Shown in pieces: positions 41,654 to 51,200 of a DNA stretch of 64,000 nucleotides (positions are counted from its first letter, which is position 1; each line of letters starts with the position of its first letter). The notes under the pieces are model-generated. The model had not been told where the DNA came from. It was given only the letters and a program-made list of their open reading frames with translations, and ran no database searches. The position numbers and the translations under genes are program-made. The DNA is taken from NCBI GenBank assembly GCA_963824385.1, contig CAWGPD010000003.1:64001-128000 (forward strand), read 5' to 3'. The DNA is from an uncultured Nitrososphaerota archaeon (GTDB taxonomy: Archaea; Thermoproteota; Nitrososphaeria; Nitrososphaerales; Nitrosopumilaceae).

Positions 41654-41693
41654 TTTTTATTAATCCTATATACAGGAAAATCAAACAAAGTTT

Positions 41694-42593
41694 GTGACAC
41701 GAGAGTATAGTGCAGAAAAAATACGTCAAAAACTAATTGATGTTTTAGGTTCATCAAAGACAGGATTAACAGGAGTTGAGATCTCAGAAAAACTCAAGGT
41801 TAACCGTGTAACAATGTCAAAATATCTAAAAATTTTTGCAGGCGAGGGTCTGATAAAACAAAAAAACATGGGCAGTGTTAATCTTTGGTTCATTGAAGAG
41901 GGTGCTGATAAACTCAATTTTCCAGCGGATTTTTTCCAAGTAAAAAACAAGTATCTGGAATATGTCTTGGCAGGCTCAACTCCTGAGGCACATACCCTAA
42001 TTCGAACCTCACTTCACTCTGGAGCGGCGCCTACTAAATTGGTAAGTGAGGTAATAATTCCTGCAATAGAATCAATTGAAAATTCCTATGATAGTGGAAA
42101 GATGGGAAGGTCTGAGAAGAATTTCTATAATGAACTGATATCCACCTCGATTTCATTGATTGGCCTATCAGAAGTTGAGGTAGATCCAAAAAAGAATATT
42201 GTCATTTTGGCTACTGATTACCCAAATGCACTTTTAGCTCAAGCCGCCTCTGGCGCACTTCGTACTGGAAAATGGAAAGTATCGTTACTTGGTGACATGT
42301 CCTCTGCAATCGATGTTATGTTTGATATTGACTTGCAGAGATTTCTAAATAAAATCTGGCCCAAGCGTGATGGCATAATGATTATCGCTGTATTTGCTTC
42401 AAAAGAAGCTGAAATCAAATTCTTTTCGCATGCAGTTGAAACAGGCAAGGGAAAATATGGAAAAAATATTCATCTTGCACTTTGCACTAAGATTGGAAAG
42501 AAAACAAAGACTAGTGCAGATTTTGTGTCATCTGATGTAGAAACTTTATTGCAATGGTGTCAGACTGTGTATGAAAGTTATCAGAATCAATGA
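41694..42593 (+). CDS. wHTH regulator with corrinoid-binding-like C-terminal domains
   Basis: EISEKLKVNRVTMSKYL HTH; helical cap (EVIIPAIESI...G) and Rossmann-like tail; no His-on motif seen. Confidence 0.65.
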   Translation: MTREYSAEKIRQKLIDVLGSSKTGLTGVEISEKLKVNRVTMSKYLKIFAGEGLIKQKNMGSVNLWFIEEGADKLNFPADFFQVKNKYLEYVLAGSTPEAHTLIRTSLHSGAAPTKLVSEVIIPAIESIENSYDSGKMGRSEKNFYNELISTSISLIGLSEVEVDPKKNIVILATDYPNALLAQAASGALRTGKWKVSLLGDMSSAIDVMFDIDLQRFLNKIWPKRDGIMIIAVFASKEAEIKFFSHAVETGKGKYGKNIHLALCTKIGKKTKTSADFVSSDVETLLQWCQTVYESYQNQ

Positions 42594-42937
42594 TTGACTA
42601 GTTCTAAAATCTGGAACGGAAGTTTGGAGAAATCAATATCCTTTTCAACTGAGATCAAAAGTATGTTGTCATTTACTGGAAAACTCATAATTATCAGCTT
42701 GTCTCTATATGACATGGCAAATTTTACAGGACCCAATACCTTGTCAAACTCTCTTCGCATCTTTGCCCTTAAAACTAGTTCCATGTACATCATCTCGTCA
42801 TCTCTTGCATCTTCTAAAGACTCAAACCCAGGTTTCATTCCGCCTGCAATCAGTCTACCATTCCCATTAATCAAACCTGCAAATCTTATTCTCGAGTCTA
42901 ACTCGTGGATTTTTTTGCACAACTCGTCTTTATCCAT
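42587..42937 (-). CDS. Roadblock/profilin-like small protein (copy 1)
   Basis: IRFAGLI...GRLIAGG...LGPVKF. Confidence 0.75.
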   Translation of the reverse strand: MDKDELCKKIHELDSRIRFAGLINGNGRLIAGGMKPGFESLEDARDDEMMYMELVLRAKMRREFDKVLGPVKFAMSYRDKLIIMSFPVNDNILLISVEKDIDFSKLPFQILELVNH

Positions 42938-43049
42938 GTTATACCACTTGCTTGTCTTCGAAATATATTACTAGCTTAAATCTTGACAACAAAAGTGTAA
43001 TGGGTTGTTCCTATTTATTGAAATCTGTCATATTTTGATTGAAAACTAG

Positions 43050-43137
43050 TGGGCCGAATGGGATTCGAACCCACGACCTTTCGATATCTGAATAATTTTA
43101 TCAGTCGAACGCTCCAGCCAAGCTGAGCTATCGGCCC
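43050..43137 (-). tRNA. tRNA-Ile(GAT) with ~13-nt canonical intron
   Basis: TTCGA-CTGATA-[AAATTATTCAGAT]-A-TCGAA anticodon arm. Confidence 0.9.
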
Positions 43138-43168
43138 AAATTTTTTTTTATCCGATTCTCATTTAAGT

Positions 43169-43723
43169 CTACTGGCTTTTCCACTTTATTGAACAACCCA
43201 TCGATGGGTCAAAATCTTTCTCTATCTTCTTTTCTGAAAGAACTTTCTCTATATTTTGAATCATTGTCTTCTCTGTTGGCTTGTCTTCTGGTTTTAATGC
43301 ATTGTCTAGTCTTCCATGAAAAACCAGTCTTCCATCTTTGTCAAAAAGAAATGGATCTGGAGTACAGACTGCGCCATATTTTTTTGCAATCTCTTGAGTT
43401 TCATCAACTAGATATGTAAATCCAAAACCTTTCTCTTTTGCAAATTTTTTCATGGCATCAAAACTGTCATCTGGATATTTTGTCGCATCGTTGCTGTTAA
43501 TTCCAATCATGGCAATTTTGCCCTTGAATTTATTGTAGATCTCATTTAGTGCATCTACCTTGGCCTGTACATATGGGCAGTGATTGCACATGAAAATTAT
43601 GAGCTTTGCGTTATAGTCCTTGTATTCAGAAAGTGAATGATTCTTGTCATCAATTCCTAATAAATTAAAGTCAGGTGACTTGTCTCCTGCTTTTAGAACA
43701 ATCTCTGATTTTAGAAGTACCAT
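43169..43723 (-). CDS. AhpC/TSA thioredoxin-family protein
   Basis: FMCNHCPYV, INSND, GAVCTPD, GCSIKW. Confidence 0.9.
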   Translation of the reverse strand: MVLLKSEIVLKAGDKSPDFNLLGIDDKNHSLSEYKDYNAKLIIFMCNHCPYVQAKVDALNEIYNKFKGKIAMIGINSNDATKYPDDSFDAMKKFAKEKGFGFTYLVDETQEIAKKYGAVCTPDPFLFDKDGRLVFHGRLDNALKPEDKPTEKTMIQNIEKVLSEKKIEKDFDPSMGCSIKWKSQ

Positions 43724-43809
43724 GTATCTTTTGTAAGATATTATTCAATAAAATCTTTGCCCGTCCAAAGGCAACAATTAAAATCTAAGCGGTTTTCAAT
43801 TCTTGCAAT

Positions 43810-43881
43810 GGGCTGGTAGTTCAGCGGTAGAATACTCGCCTTGCACGCGAGGGGTCAGGGGTTCAAATCCCCTCCAGTCCA
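43810..43881 (+). tRNA. tRNA-Ala(TGC)
   Basis: GGGCTGG/CCAGTCC acceptor with G3:U70; CTCGC-CTTGCAC-GCGAG. Confidence 0.93.
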
Positions 43882-43972
43882 CTCCTACTGTGAGTTCAAA
43901 CTGAATCTAGGTAATTACTTGCGTTATGATTTGTTGGAAATTGCTTAAAATCAATATCCTCGTAATGACTGC

Positions 43973-44537
43973 GTGAAAAAGCTAGTTTTCATAATTCCAG
44001 TTATTATAGTAATATTTGGAATAGCACTCTCTGCATATTCTGAAATTAATCAGACGCCCAAAACTGTATTCACCTATGTCTGGTAATGATTTACAAATAT
44101 TTTCAGTCTCAAGTAATGCGTTTGAAGACCAAGGCAACATTCCATCAGAGTTTACTTGTGATGGACAGAACATCTCCCCACCTCTAAGTATTGCAAACAT
44201 ACCAAAGGATGCTAAAACTATGTCACTGATTATGACTGACCCTGATACTCCCAAAGGAAATTTTACTCATTGGACTGCCTGGAACATTCCTTATACAAAG
44301 ACAGAATTTGCAAAAGGTGAAAATTTTGATTTCCCTCAAGGGAAGACTAGTTTTGGAACATCAGGATACCAAGGTCCATGTCCTCCATCAGGTACTCATA
44401 GATACTATATTGAACTTTATGCATTGGATATACAACTAGATCTTTCTAAAGAATCAAGTGTTGCGGAACTTCAAAACGCAATGTCAGGACACATAATTTC
44501 AGAATCTTCCTTGATGGGAAAATATTCTAGAAACTAA
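43973..44537 (+). CDS. PEBP (YbhB/YbcL) protein with N-terminal anchor (frameshift near 44058)
   Basis: DPD, HW, GPCPP, HRY; GTG 43973 begins MKKLVFIIPVIIVIFGIALS, one base out of frame. Confidence 0.85.
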
Positions 44538-44616
44538 ATCAAACCAAGTCTTGTAGATTTTTTAAAAAAATCAAAGATAGCCTTAAGAGAAAGTATGAGC
44601 AAATGTGGTTTAAGAA

Positions 44617-44799
44617 ATGAGGTATGTAACACAATGGTACAGACAGGTCATGGGATTATCGCCTAGAAAGAAAAAGATTCTGTTAATCTGCCTGTGGTGT
44701 GTTGCGCCTATTGAGATGGGAGTTATTACAGGTGCATTTTACCTAGGAAAGCACTTGCATCAGAAAAGTATTGGATTACCTGTTCAAATTAGTCAGTAA
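44617..44799 (+). CDS. Small hypothetical membrane protein
   Basis: 60 aa with hydrophobic core. Confidence 0.5.
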   Translation: MRYVTQWYRQVMGLSPRKKKILLICLWCVAPIEMGVITGAFYLGKHLHQKSIGLPVQISQ

Positions 44800-44823
44800 G
44801 TCTTAGGGATAATCTTTAGCGAG

Positions 44824-45401
44824 TTAGTGCAATGGAGGAATCAACCAGTGCAAAACCTCGGGAGATGGAATATTCAAGCCGTAGATGATTAATGGAATTG
44901 CAGTACTTGTAAGAAGCACACCTGCTACTAATCTGATAATTCGTATTGGTATTTTCTTAACAACTCCTAATCGTAACAAGCCAATGATTAGTCCTATTGC
45001 CACAAAGAATCCAGTAGAGCACTGGTTATCTCAATGAGACTAAATGTAGCCAGTGCAACAGAGTTTTCAACTGCCTCTATCATTACTATGTAAAAGTATG
45101 CAATTTTGTATTTTGCGCCATCATCTTCATGTTCATCTTCAAAAAATTCCTTAAACATTGTGCCGCTAAAAAACAGCAATCCTAACCCTAATGCTATCTC
45201 AAGTAGATTAATTGGTACAAACCCTGCGATTTTTAGAAAGACAAAGTACAGAATTACTCCTATCAACAAACCAATAATTGTAATCTTGATGGTCTGACGT
45301 AATCCTATTTTACTTGCTGTTCCTATTCCGACTAGAACTTGTTCTCCACCTTCAACAAAGATGTACTTGAATGATGTGAAAAATACGATTAATTGAAACA
45401 C
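44824..45401 (-). CDS. COG4280/TMEM165-like membrane protein (frameshift near 45013)
   Basis: Two ExxE motifs (VEGGE, IEAVE); shifted frame continues ...KKIPIRIIRLVAGVLL...LIPPLH*. Confidence 0.6.
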
Positions 45402-45473
45402 ATGATTGTAATCGTTGTTTGTCTATAATATCCAAGCTTTATTTTAAATCATAAAATCCAGAAATTTCAATTT

Positions 45474-47018
45474 GTGAGAATTTCCAAGTCTACTGTAAAG
45501 AGAGTTTCTATAATGTTTGCTACAACTATTGCAGTTTTGGTAATATGGTTTGCCGTATATATTCCAGAATTTGAAAAAATCCATACTGACTACCAAGTAT
45601 ACGTGGAACAAGAAGGTCAAGACCAAGTTGCAAATGGTGTTGGAGCTGCACTATCGCAACCATTCAATCTTAGGGAATCATTAATTCAAAAAGTAACTGA
45701 TTCCAATGGCGAATTTATGACAATCTCATCTGTAATTAACGGCGTAAGAAGTGATAATGGACAGGTAATCTTTCATTCTGAAAAACAGTATCAGGTAAAT
45801 GCCTATACTAGAACATATCAGAATATGCCAACAAAACAATTTGCATTCAAACCCGGAGTAGAAAAACATGATTATGAATTTTATCACCCGCTTGTTTTAG
45901 GAGACGCTCCACTAGTGTATAAAAATACAGACACAATTAATGGTCTTCAAGTGTATGTCTTTCAAGCACAAACACACGATGTGGATCTTACAGACGCATT
46001 TCCAAAATATCCTGGTGTAAGAGTGCTCTCTGATACCATCTCAACTTTCTGGATAGAGCCAGTAACAGGAGATCTGATTAAATTTCAAAAGATCTGGAAT
46101 GACCATCAGGTAATAGACAACAAGAAAATATCTTCAATGGAAAAGGGTTCAAAACAGACTACAGATTATTCTGTTTTTATTTTATCTCAGACAGCCAAGA
46201 CTAAAATCGATAACATAAACTTTAACAAAAATGTGATTCCTGCATTTTTGGTTTCTCTAACAATTGGGTTGAACATAATTTTCATTTTAAGAAATAGGCT
46301 AAAACTCTCAAGTGAAATGATGCTCAAAAATGAAAAGCTAGTGGCAGTTGGAAACTTGGCAGCAAGAGTATCACATGATTTGAGAAATCCGCTCTCAGTC
46401 ATAAACGCAGAGGTGGAGATAATGGCACTTCGAGGTCCTAAGGATGAAAAAACCATGTCTAGGATAAATCGATTAAAGCGAGCAATTGAAAGGATGGACA
46501 GACAGATAAACGGAATTTTGGATTTTGTCCGGGAAAAACCATTAACAAGTGAATGGATGTCATCTAAACTTCTAATAGATTCAGTTCTTAGGAGCATCAC
46601 GGTTCCTAGTGGACTACAAATTGTTATGCCAAATCAAGATGTGCAAATATTTGGAGACGTGGTACAGCTTGAAACTGTCTTGTCAAACATTATTACAAAT
46701 GCAATTCAAGCAATAGGAAATACTGGCAAGATTATCATATCTACTGAAGAGACACAAGATCTAACAATACTTAGCATATCTGATTCAGGTCCGGGTATAT
46801 CTGAGAGTGATCTTCCAAAAATATTTGAGCCTCTATTTACTACAAAACAAATGGGAACTGGTCTTGGTCTATCTAGCTGTAAAACAGTTATAGAAAACCA
46901 CGGTGGAAAAATCATAGTAAAAAACAACCCTACCACGTTTATCATTCAATTGCCTAAAGTAAAAGAAGAGTTTGAAAAATTAGTAATAAAAGGACAGAAT
47001 AATCTTAAAGAGATTTAA
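45474..47018 (+). CDS. Sensor histidine kinase with DUF3068-like extracellular domain (copy 1)
   Basis: TM-ectodomain-TM; SHDLRNPL; DSGPG, FTTK, GTGLGL. Confidence 0.88.
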   Translation: MRISKSTVKRVSIMFATTIAVLVIWFAVYIPEFEKIHTDYQVYVEQEGQDQVANGVGAALSQPFNLRESLIQKVTDSNGEFMTISSVINGVRSDNGQVIFHSEKQYQVNAYTRTYQNMPTKQFAFKPGVEKHDYEFYHPLVLGDAPLVYKNTDTINGLQVYVFQAQTHDVDLTDAFPKYPGVRVLSDTISTFWIEPVTGDLIKFQKIWNDHQVIDNKKISSMEKGSKQTTDYSVFILSQTAKTKIDNINFNKNVIPAFLVSLTIGLNIIFILRNRLKLSSEMMLKNEKLVAVGNLAARVSHDLRNPLSVINAEVEIMALRGPKDEKTMSRINRLKRAIERMDRQINGILDFVREKPLTSEWMSSKLLIDSVLRSITVPSGLQIVMPNQDVQIFGDVVQLETVLSNIITNAIQAIGNTGKIIISTEETQDLTILSISDSGPGISESDLPKIFEPLFTTKQMGTGLGLSSCKTVIENHGGKIIVKNNPTTFIIQLPKVKEEFEKLVIKGQNNLKEI

Positions 47019-47063
47019 TCAATTTCGAACAAAAAAATAAAAATTTGGGAAAATATCATATGA

Positions 47064-47540
47064 TTAGCAATATGATGAAAAAAACAATTTCTGCTCATGC
47101 ACATAGTCTGAATCTAGAGCACCCACAATAACTACTCCCATCATCCATGGGTGAAGGTTGTCAAAGTATGGATAAACACCCATTCTATCAAAAAAATAAG
47201 AAAACTTTTGACCCGGTTCAACTACTCCACTGAACAATCCAGCCGGTTTATTGTCGGGATTTCCATTTGTAATCATGTGAACGTTATAATCAAGGTTGAA
47301 CCAAGTTACTGTACCACCTGGAATTATAGTAAGACAAGGCTGAAAACAATCAAAACTGCATTCAGTGGTAGTTATTACTACCTTAGCAGATGCTAGATTG
47401 GGTAGTTTTTGCTGTGTCTGGTAATGATTATGCCATGACAAATCAAGAGTTGCAGCATTGGCAACAGATGGTAAACATAAGACAAGTAAAAGTACTGATA
47501 CTAGAATTGTACTTGATACTAATTTTGAATTAGACGTGAT
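47064..47540 (-). CDS. Exported cupredoxin-like protein with Cys-to-Asp ligand change (start uncertain)
   Basis: G.TVTW.N.D...H; YPYFDNLHPWMMG; signal-like segment in frame upstream of 47441. Confidence 0.75.
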   Translation of the reverse strand: MTSNSKLVSSTILVSVLLLVLCLPSVANAATLDLSWHNHYQTQQKLPNLASAKVVITTTECSFDCFQPCLTIIPGGTVTWFNLDYNVHMITNGNPDNKPAGLFSGVVEPGQKFSYFFDRMGVYPYFDNLHPWMMGVVIVGALDSDYVHEQKLFFSSYC

Positions 47541-47680
47541 TACATATTGGCATTGACTTAGATAAACGGTTCATAGATTCTCAAAAATAATTTCCAACAA
47601 TTATGGCACAATATTATTCTAGTAATAAACAGAATTATAACAAAAAATGCTTAATGGTCAGGAAGCCGTATAGATATCCT

Positions 47681-48165
47681 ATGGGATTGGTGCTTGATAG
47701 ATCACCCCAAAGATGAACCATACAAGAAAGTAGACGAGACAGATGAACTCATAGTGGATGTGTTTGAAGGAATTATCAGATCTAAGCGCATTACAATGGA
47801 AAATATCATGACACGCGATGTTATAGCATTGGATCATACCAAAACCGCACATGATGCAGCTGTAGCCATGATGGAAAAGAAAATTGGGAGTGTCATAATA
47901 ACAGCATATGGAAGACCCTTTGGCATTGTTACAGAAAGAGACTTGGCGCGTCTGGTGGCATTTCTAGATATTCCTGCCAAGAGTCTGATGCTGAGTTTTC
48001 TTGCATCAAGACCGTTAATTTATGCAAGATACAACTCAAACAATCCAAGAGGCATCTGATATCATGGGAATACACCACATTGATCATTTACCGATATTAG
48101 AAAATGACGAGATTGTTGGAATGGTTACAACAAGTGATCTAGCAAAGTATTTGGTTTGTGCTTGA
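47681..48165 (+). pseudogene. CBS-domain protein copy 1 (two +1 indels: pseudogene or sequencing error)
   Basis: Close paralog of 59072-59554; extra bases near 47698 and 48029. Confidence 0.7.
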
Positions 48166-48362
48166 AGAGAACTGTTTGCAATGACATGATATAACAAGTT
48201 CTAAAAACCAACTAGACAGTATTTCATGACTAGGAGTTTGCTCAAAAGCTTACACACTGTATTTTAAATATATTTTCTAATAATTTGGCGCATGACTCAC
48301 AACGATGTGTGGAATTCAAAAAGTGTGATTCCAACTATATTCATTGAGGGATTCAAGTAAAA

Positions 48363-48494
48363 ATGGCAATTTTTTATCTAAAACTCAAATGTTCATTTTG
48401 TGGCTATGATGAAACAGAGATAATAATGTCAAAATCTGCATTTTCACCAATCAGGGCAATATGCATGAAATGCAAAAAACATTTCGAGTACTAG
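48363..48494 (+). CDS. 43-aa Zn-ribbon microprotein
   Basis: MAIFYLKLKCSFCGY...ICMKCKKHFEY*. Confidence 0.6.
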   Translation: MAIFYLKLKCSFCGYDETEIIMSKSAFSPIRAICMKCKKHFEY

Positions 48495-48635
48495 TTTTTT
48501 ACTTTCAGTAAATTAGTTTGGCTCAAACATGTTATAGTTTCAAGTCTTACATGACTCTAACCTTTGTATTTAGATTTATGAAAATTTCTTAATTTTTTAA
48601 AAAACAATTGAAACGAAATGTACTTGGTGTTAAAA

Positions 48636-49499
48636 CTAGTACCCTCGTTTATCAAGCCAGTCTGATATGATTTTGTTTGCAAGCTCATTTGGATGTATAT
48701 CTTTACGGCGTGATTGTACCAATAGTCCATGAGTCTTTCTTTTTGATAACCTTACTGAAACATTCTGTTGTAATGCAAGTGATCTTGCCTTTTTCATTAT
48801 TTTATTGTGTGATAAATTTGGATTATATCCTAAAACCTTGAAGTATCGCTTTTTTGTTTGTGGTTCAAGTTCTGATATTTGATGTGCGATCTTAACTGCT
48901 TTTGAAATATCTGGAATAATTTGATACAACTTTGTTGCGCTATCCCTTGAGAGTATCTTTGGTACAAGTTCTTTTAGCTTGTCTGGTACTCCTGCAAAAC
49001 CGTAATACTTCATGAATGTTGACATTGCAAGTCCCAATGACTTTGCAGCCTTTGACTTACCCATCTGTTCTGCCAAAAACGCACATGCTTCAGCCATATC
49101 CTTTACATTCATGTTTTTGCGGTGAATATTTTCAATAACAGAAGCTGCTTTTGCATCAGGGGTATCATATTCTGTTTTTCTAGTCAAAACCAATACAGGA
49201 ATTTTTTTTGCACCCAGTCTTTTCAGTGCAGCCAATCTACGTTGTCCTGACATCAAAAGATACATGTTTCCTTCTTTTTGCACCATTGGAGGATTTTGCA
49301 GCCCCTCGGTTTTGATTGACTTTGCCAATTCTGATATTCCTTCTCGGTCAAGCTTTCTTGCCTGAGCCTCTTTCCAAACCTTGATCTGTTTTATCGGAAT
49401 TTCCTTTAAGCGATAAGAAACCCTTGAAGTGTATCGTGTCTTGCCACCAGTCCGTCTTTTGGTGATTCGTCTGATTTTTCTTGTCCTAGCCTTTGCCAA
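48636..49499 (-). CDS. ParB/Srx-like N-terminal domain protein with HTH
   Basis: ELAKSIK.EGLQNP, SGQRRLAA, ENIHR; R/K-rich N-terminal tail. Confidence 0.85.
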   Translation of the reverse strand: MAKARTRKIRRITKRRTGGKTRYTSRVSYRLKEIPIKQIKVWKEAQARKLDREGISELAKSIKTEGLQNPPMVQKEGNMYLLMSGQRRLAALKRLGAKKIPVLVLTRKTEYDTPDAKAASVIENIHRKNMNVKDMAEACAFLAEQMGKSKAAKSLGLAMSTFMKYYGFAGVPDKLKELVPKILSRDSATKLYQIIPDISKAVKIAHQISELEPQTKKRYFKVLGYNPNLSHNKIMKKARSLALQQNVSVRLSKRKTHGLLVQSRRKDIHPNELANKIISDWLDKRGY

Positions 49500-49669
49500 C
49501 TATATTGTTTGGTTTTAATTTTGTAAAAGGTGAGATGGTTGAATCCAATTCGCTTATGCGTGATGAATAATTAGGTAATTGAGGATCTAATTATCATTTA
49601 AAAATCCATAAAGAACTCTAATCTTTGAATTTTATATGATCTTGACTACCAGTATGTACGATTACAATA

Positions 49670-50026
49670 TCATTTTTCGCTGTGAACTAGTTCTAAAACC
49701 TTGGTTGGAAGTTTGAAAAAATCAATATTTTTTTCAGCCGAGATTAATAGTATCTGACCACTTACTGGGAAGCTCATCAGGATCAAATTCTCTCTATATG
49801 CCATTGAAAATTTTACTGGACCAAACACTTTGTCAAATGCCTTTCGGAGATTTACCTTTAAAGCTAGTTGGAGAAATATCATTTCATTATCTTTTGACTC
49901 TTCAAGTGATAGTAATCCCGGTCTCATTCCGCCTGCAACCAGTCTACCCATTTCACTAATCATGCCTGCAAATCTAATTTTTGAGTCCAACTCTAGAATT
50001 TTCTTGCATAATTGGTCTTTGTCCAT
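49670..50026 (-). CDS. Roadblock/profilin-like small protein (copy 2)
   Basis: Close paralog of 42587-42937. Confidence 0.75.
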   Translation of the reverse strand: MDKDQLCKKILELDSKIRFAGMISEMGRLVAGGMRPGLLSLEESKDNEMIFLQLALKVNLRKAFDKVFGPVKFSMAYRENLILMSFPVSGQILLISAEKNIDFFKLPTKVLELVHSEK

Positions 50027-50240
50027 GTCATGTGATGTTCTTTTGAGAGTTCTAAAACATTACGACAGGCATATTTTAGTGAACAATTGGTGAGTAAACC
50101 ATTTTTACTGTATAAAAAACCCATTTGGACAAAATTGGAAATAATTGTTATTTTAGGGGCACAAATGGTATTTGAGAAAACTGATTATATCTGATAATCT
50201 AAAATGACTCTTATATGGCAACTTTAGGTAGAATAATTTA

Positions 50241-50423
50241 ATGCAAATACCGTTTGGACTGATAATTTTAATTGGATGTCTCTTAATTGGAGTCTTCGTA
50301 ATGGCAAATTATCTCCTACCAGATGTTATATGCAAAATGATTCCTCAGAGCACCGTTACAACTCAGATGGGCCAATACAATTCACAAGTGTTAAGCGACA
50401 TATGTTCTGGAATACCCAAATGA
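50241..50423 (+). CDS. Small membrane-anchored protein
   Basis: N-terminal TM followed by a Cys pair. Confidence 0.5.
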   Translation: MQIPFGLIILIGCLLIGVFVMANYLLPDVICKMIPQSTVTTQMGQYNSQVLSDICSGIPK

Positions 50424-50475
50424 TATTATGAAAAATTCTGACTGGCTCTAACTATTCCATCAAGTCTTGAAGGAC

Positions 50476-51018
50476 TCAAACTTTAGATTCGGACTTGCGA
50501 GAGATTGGTTGTGATCTTTTTGCTTTTTGCGAATAACCTCGTTGTCTAAGAAAACGTACTAGTGCTACATCATCTTGTCGTTTTATCTGTGATGATACTA
50601 TTGAGCTTGCAAGCTTTGCAGTGATTGGCTCAAAACGAGTCATGACTTCCTCTCTCAAGCTTTGCAAGTCAGTTTCCATTACCTTAAAAAAATATTCTTG
50701 ATCGCCAATTGTAGAATATGCTTCTATAATGCGTGGTTCTTTTCGAATGTATTCGTGCATTTTTTTAACATCATCCTCTCCAAGTCCTGTTTCAGCACCA
50801 ACATATGCAGAGATCCCAATTCCAAGTCTTGTCCAGTCTAACTCGATCTTGTGTTTGAAAACTTCCTTTTCTTTCATGATTCCTACTCTTTTTGCTATTG
50901 TACGCTGATCAACTTTTAGAATTTCTGCTAGTTGCTTGAACTGTATGCTTGCATCTTTTGCCATGTATTCCAATATCATTAAATCCAATTCATCAGACAC
51001 AAAAATTGGTTCCTTCAT
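50476..51018 (-). CDS. Lrp/AsnC-family regulator divergent from kdp
   Basis: DELDLMIL...DA...LAE.L.V...TIAKRV HTH; RAM-like C-terminus. Confidence 0.88.
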   Translation of the reverse strand: MKEPIFVSDELDLMILEYMAKDASIQFKQLAEILKVDQRTIAKRVGIMKEKEVFKHKIELDWTRLGIGISAYVGAETGLGEDDVKKMHEYIRKEPRIIEAYSTIGDQEYFFKVMETDLQSLREEVMTRFEPITAKLASSIVSSQIKRQDDVALVRFLRQRGYSQKAKRSQPISRKSESKV

Positions 51019-51200
51019 ATCAATTCTAGTGATATTTGATATCATATTAATATTTTCTTAATGATATTCAGTAACATCAAAGTCTATATCTTTGTATTTG
51101 GATGAAGAGCTGATTACAGATGGATACAAATGTGGATTTGAGAAAATCGATAAAAACGCCAACTATGAATCAACACCCACATTGTAAAAAAAGAATCTAG

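Noticed and set aside
41615..41655. Hammerhead ribozyme or C/D sRNA on the minus strand (CTGATGA)
   Set aside because: No GAAA after the stem and no second box pair; the G:U pair supports a plus-strand hairpin instead.
51098..51187. Upstream 29-aa ORF as kdpF or leader peptide
   Set aside because: Hydrophilic and without a KdpF tail; a better candidate lies after kdpC.
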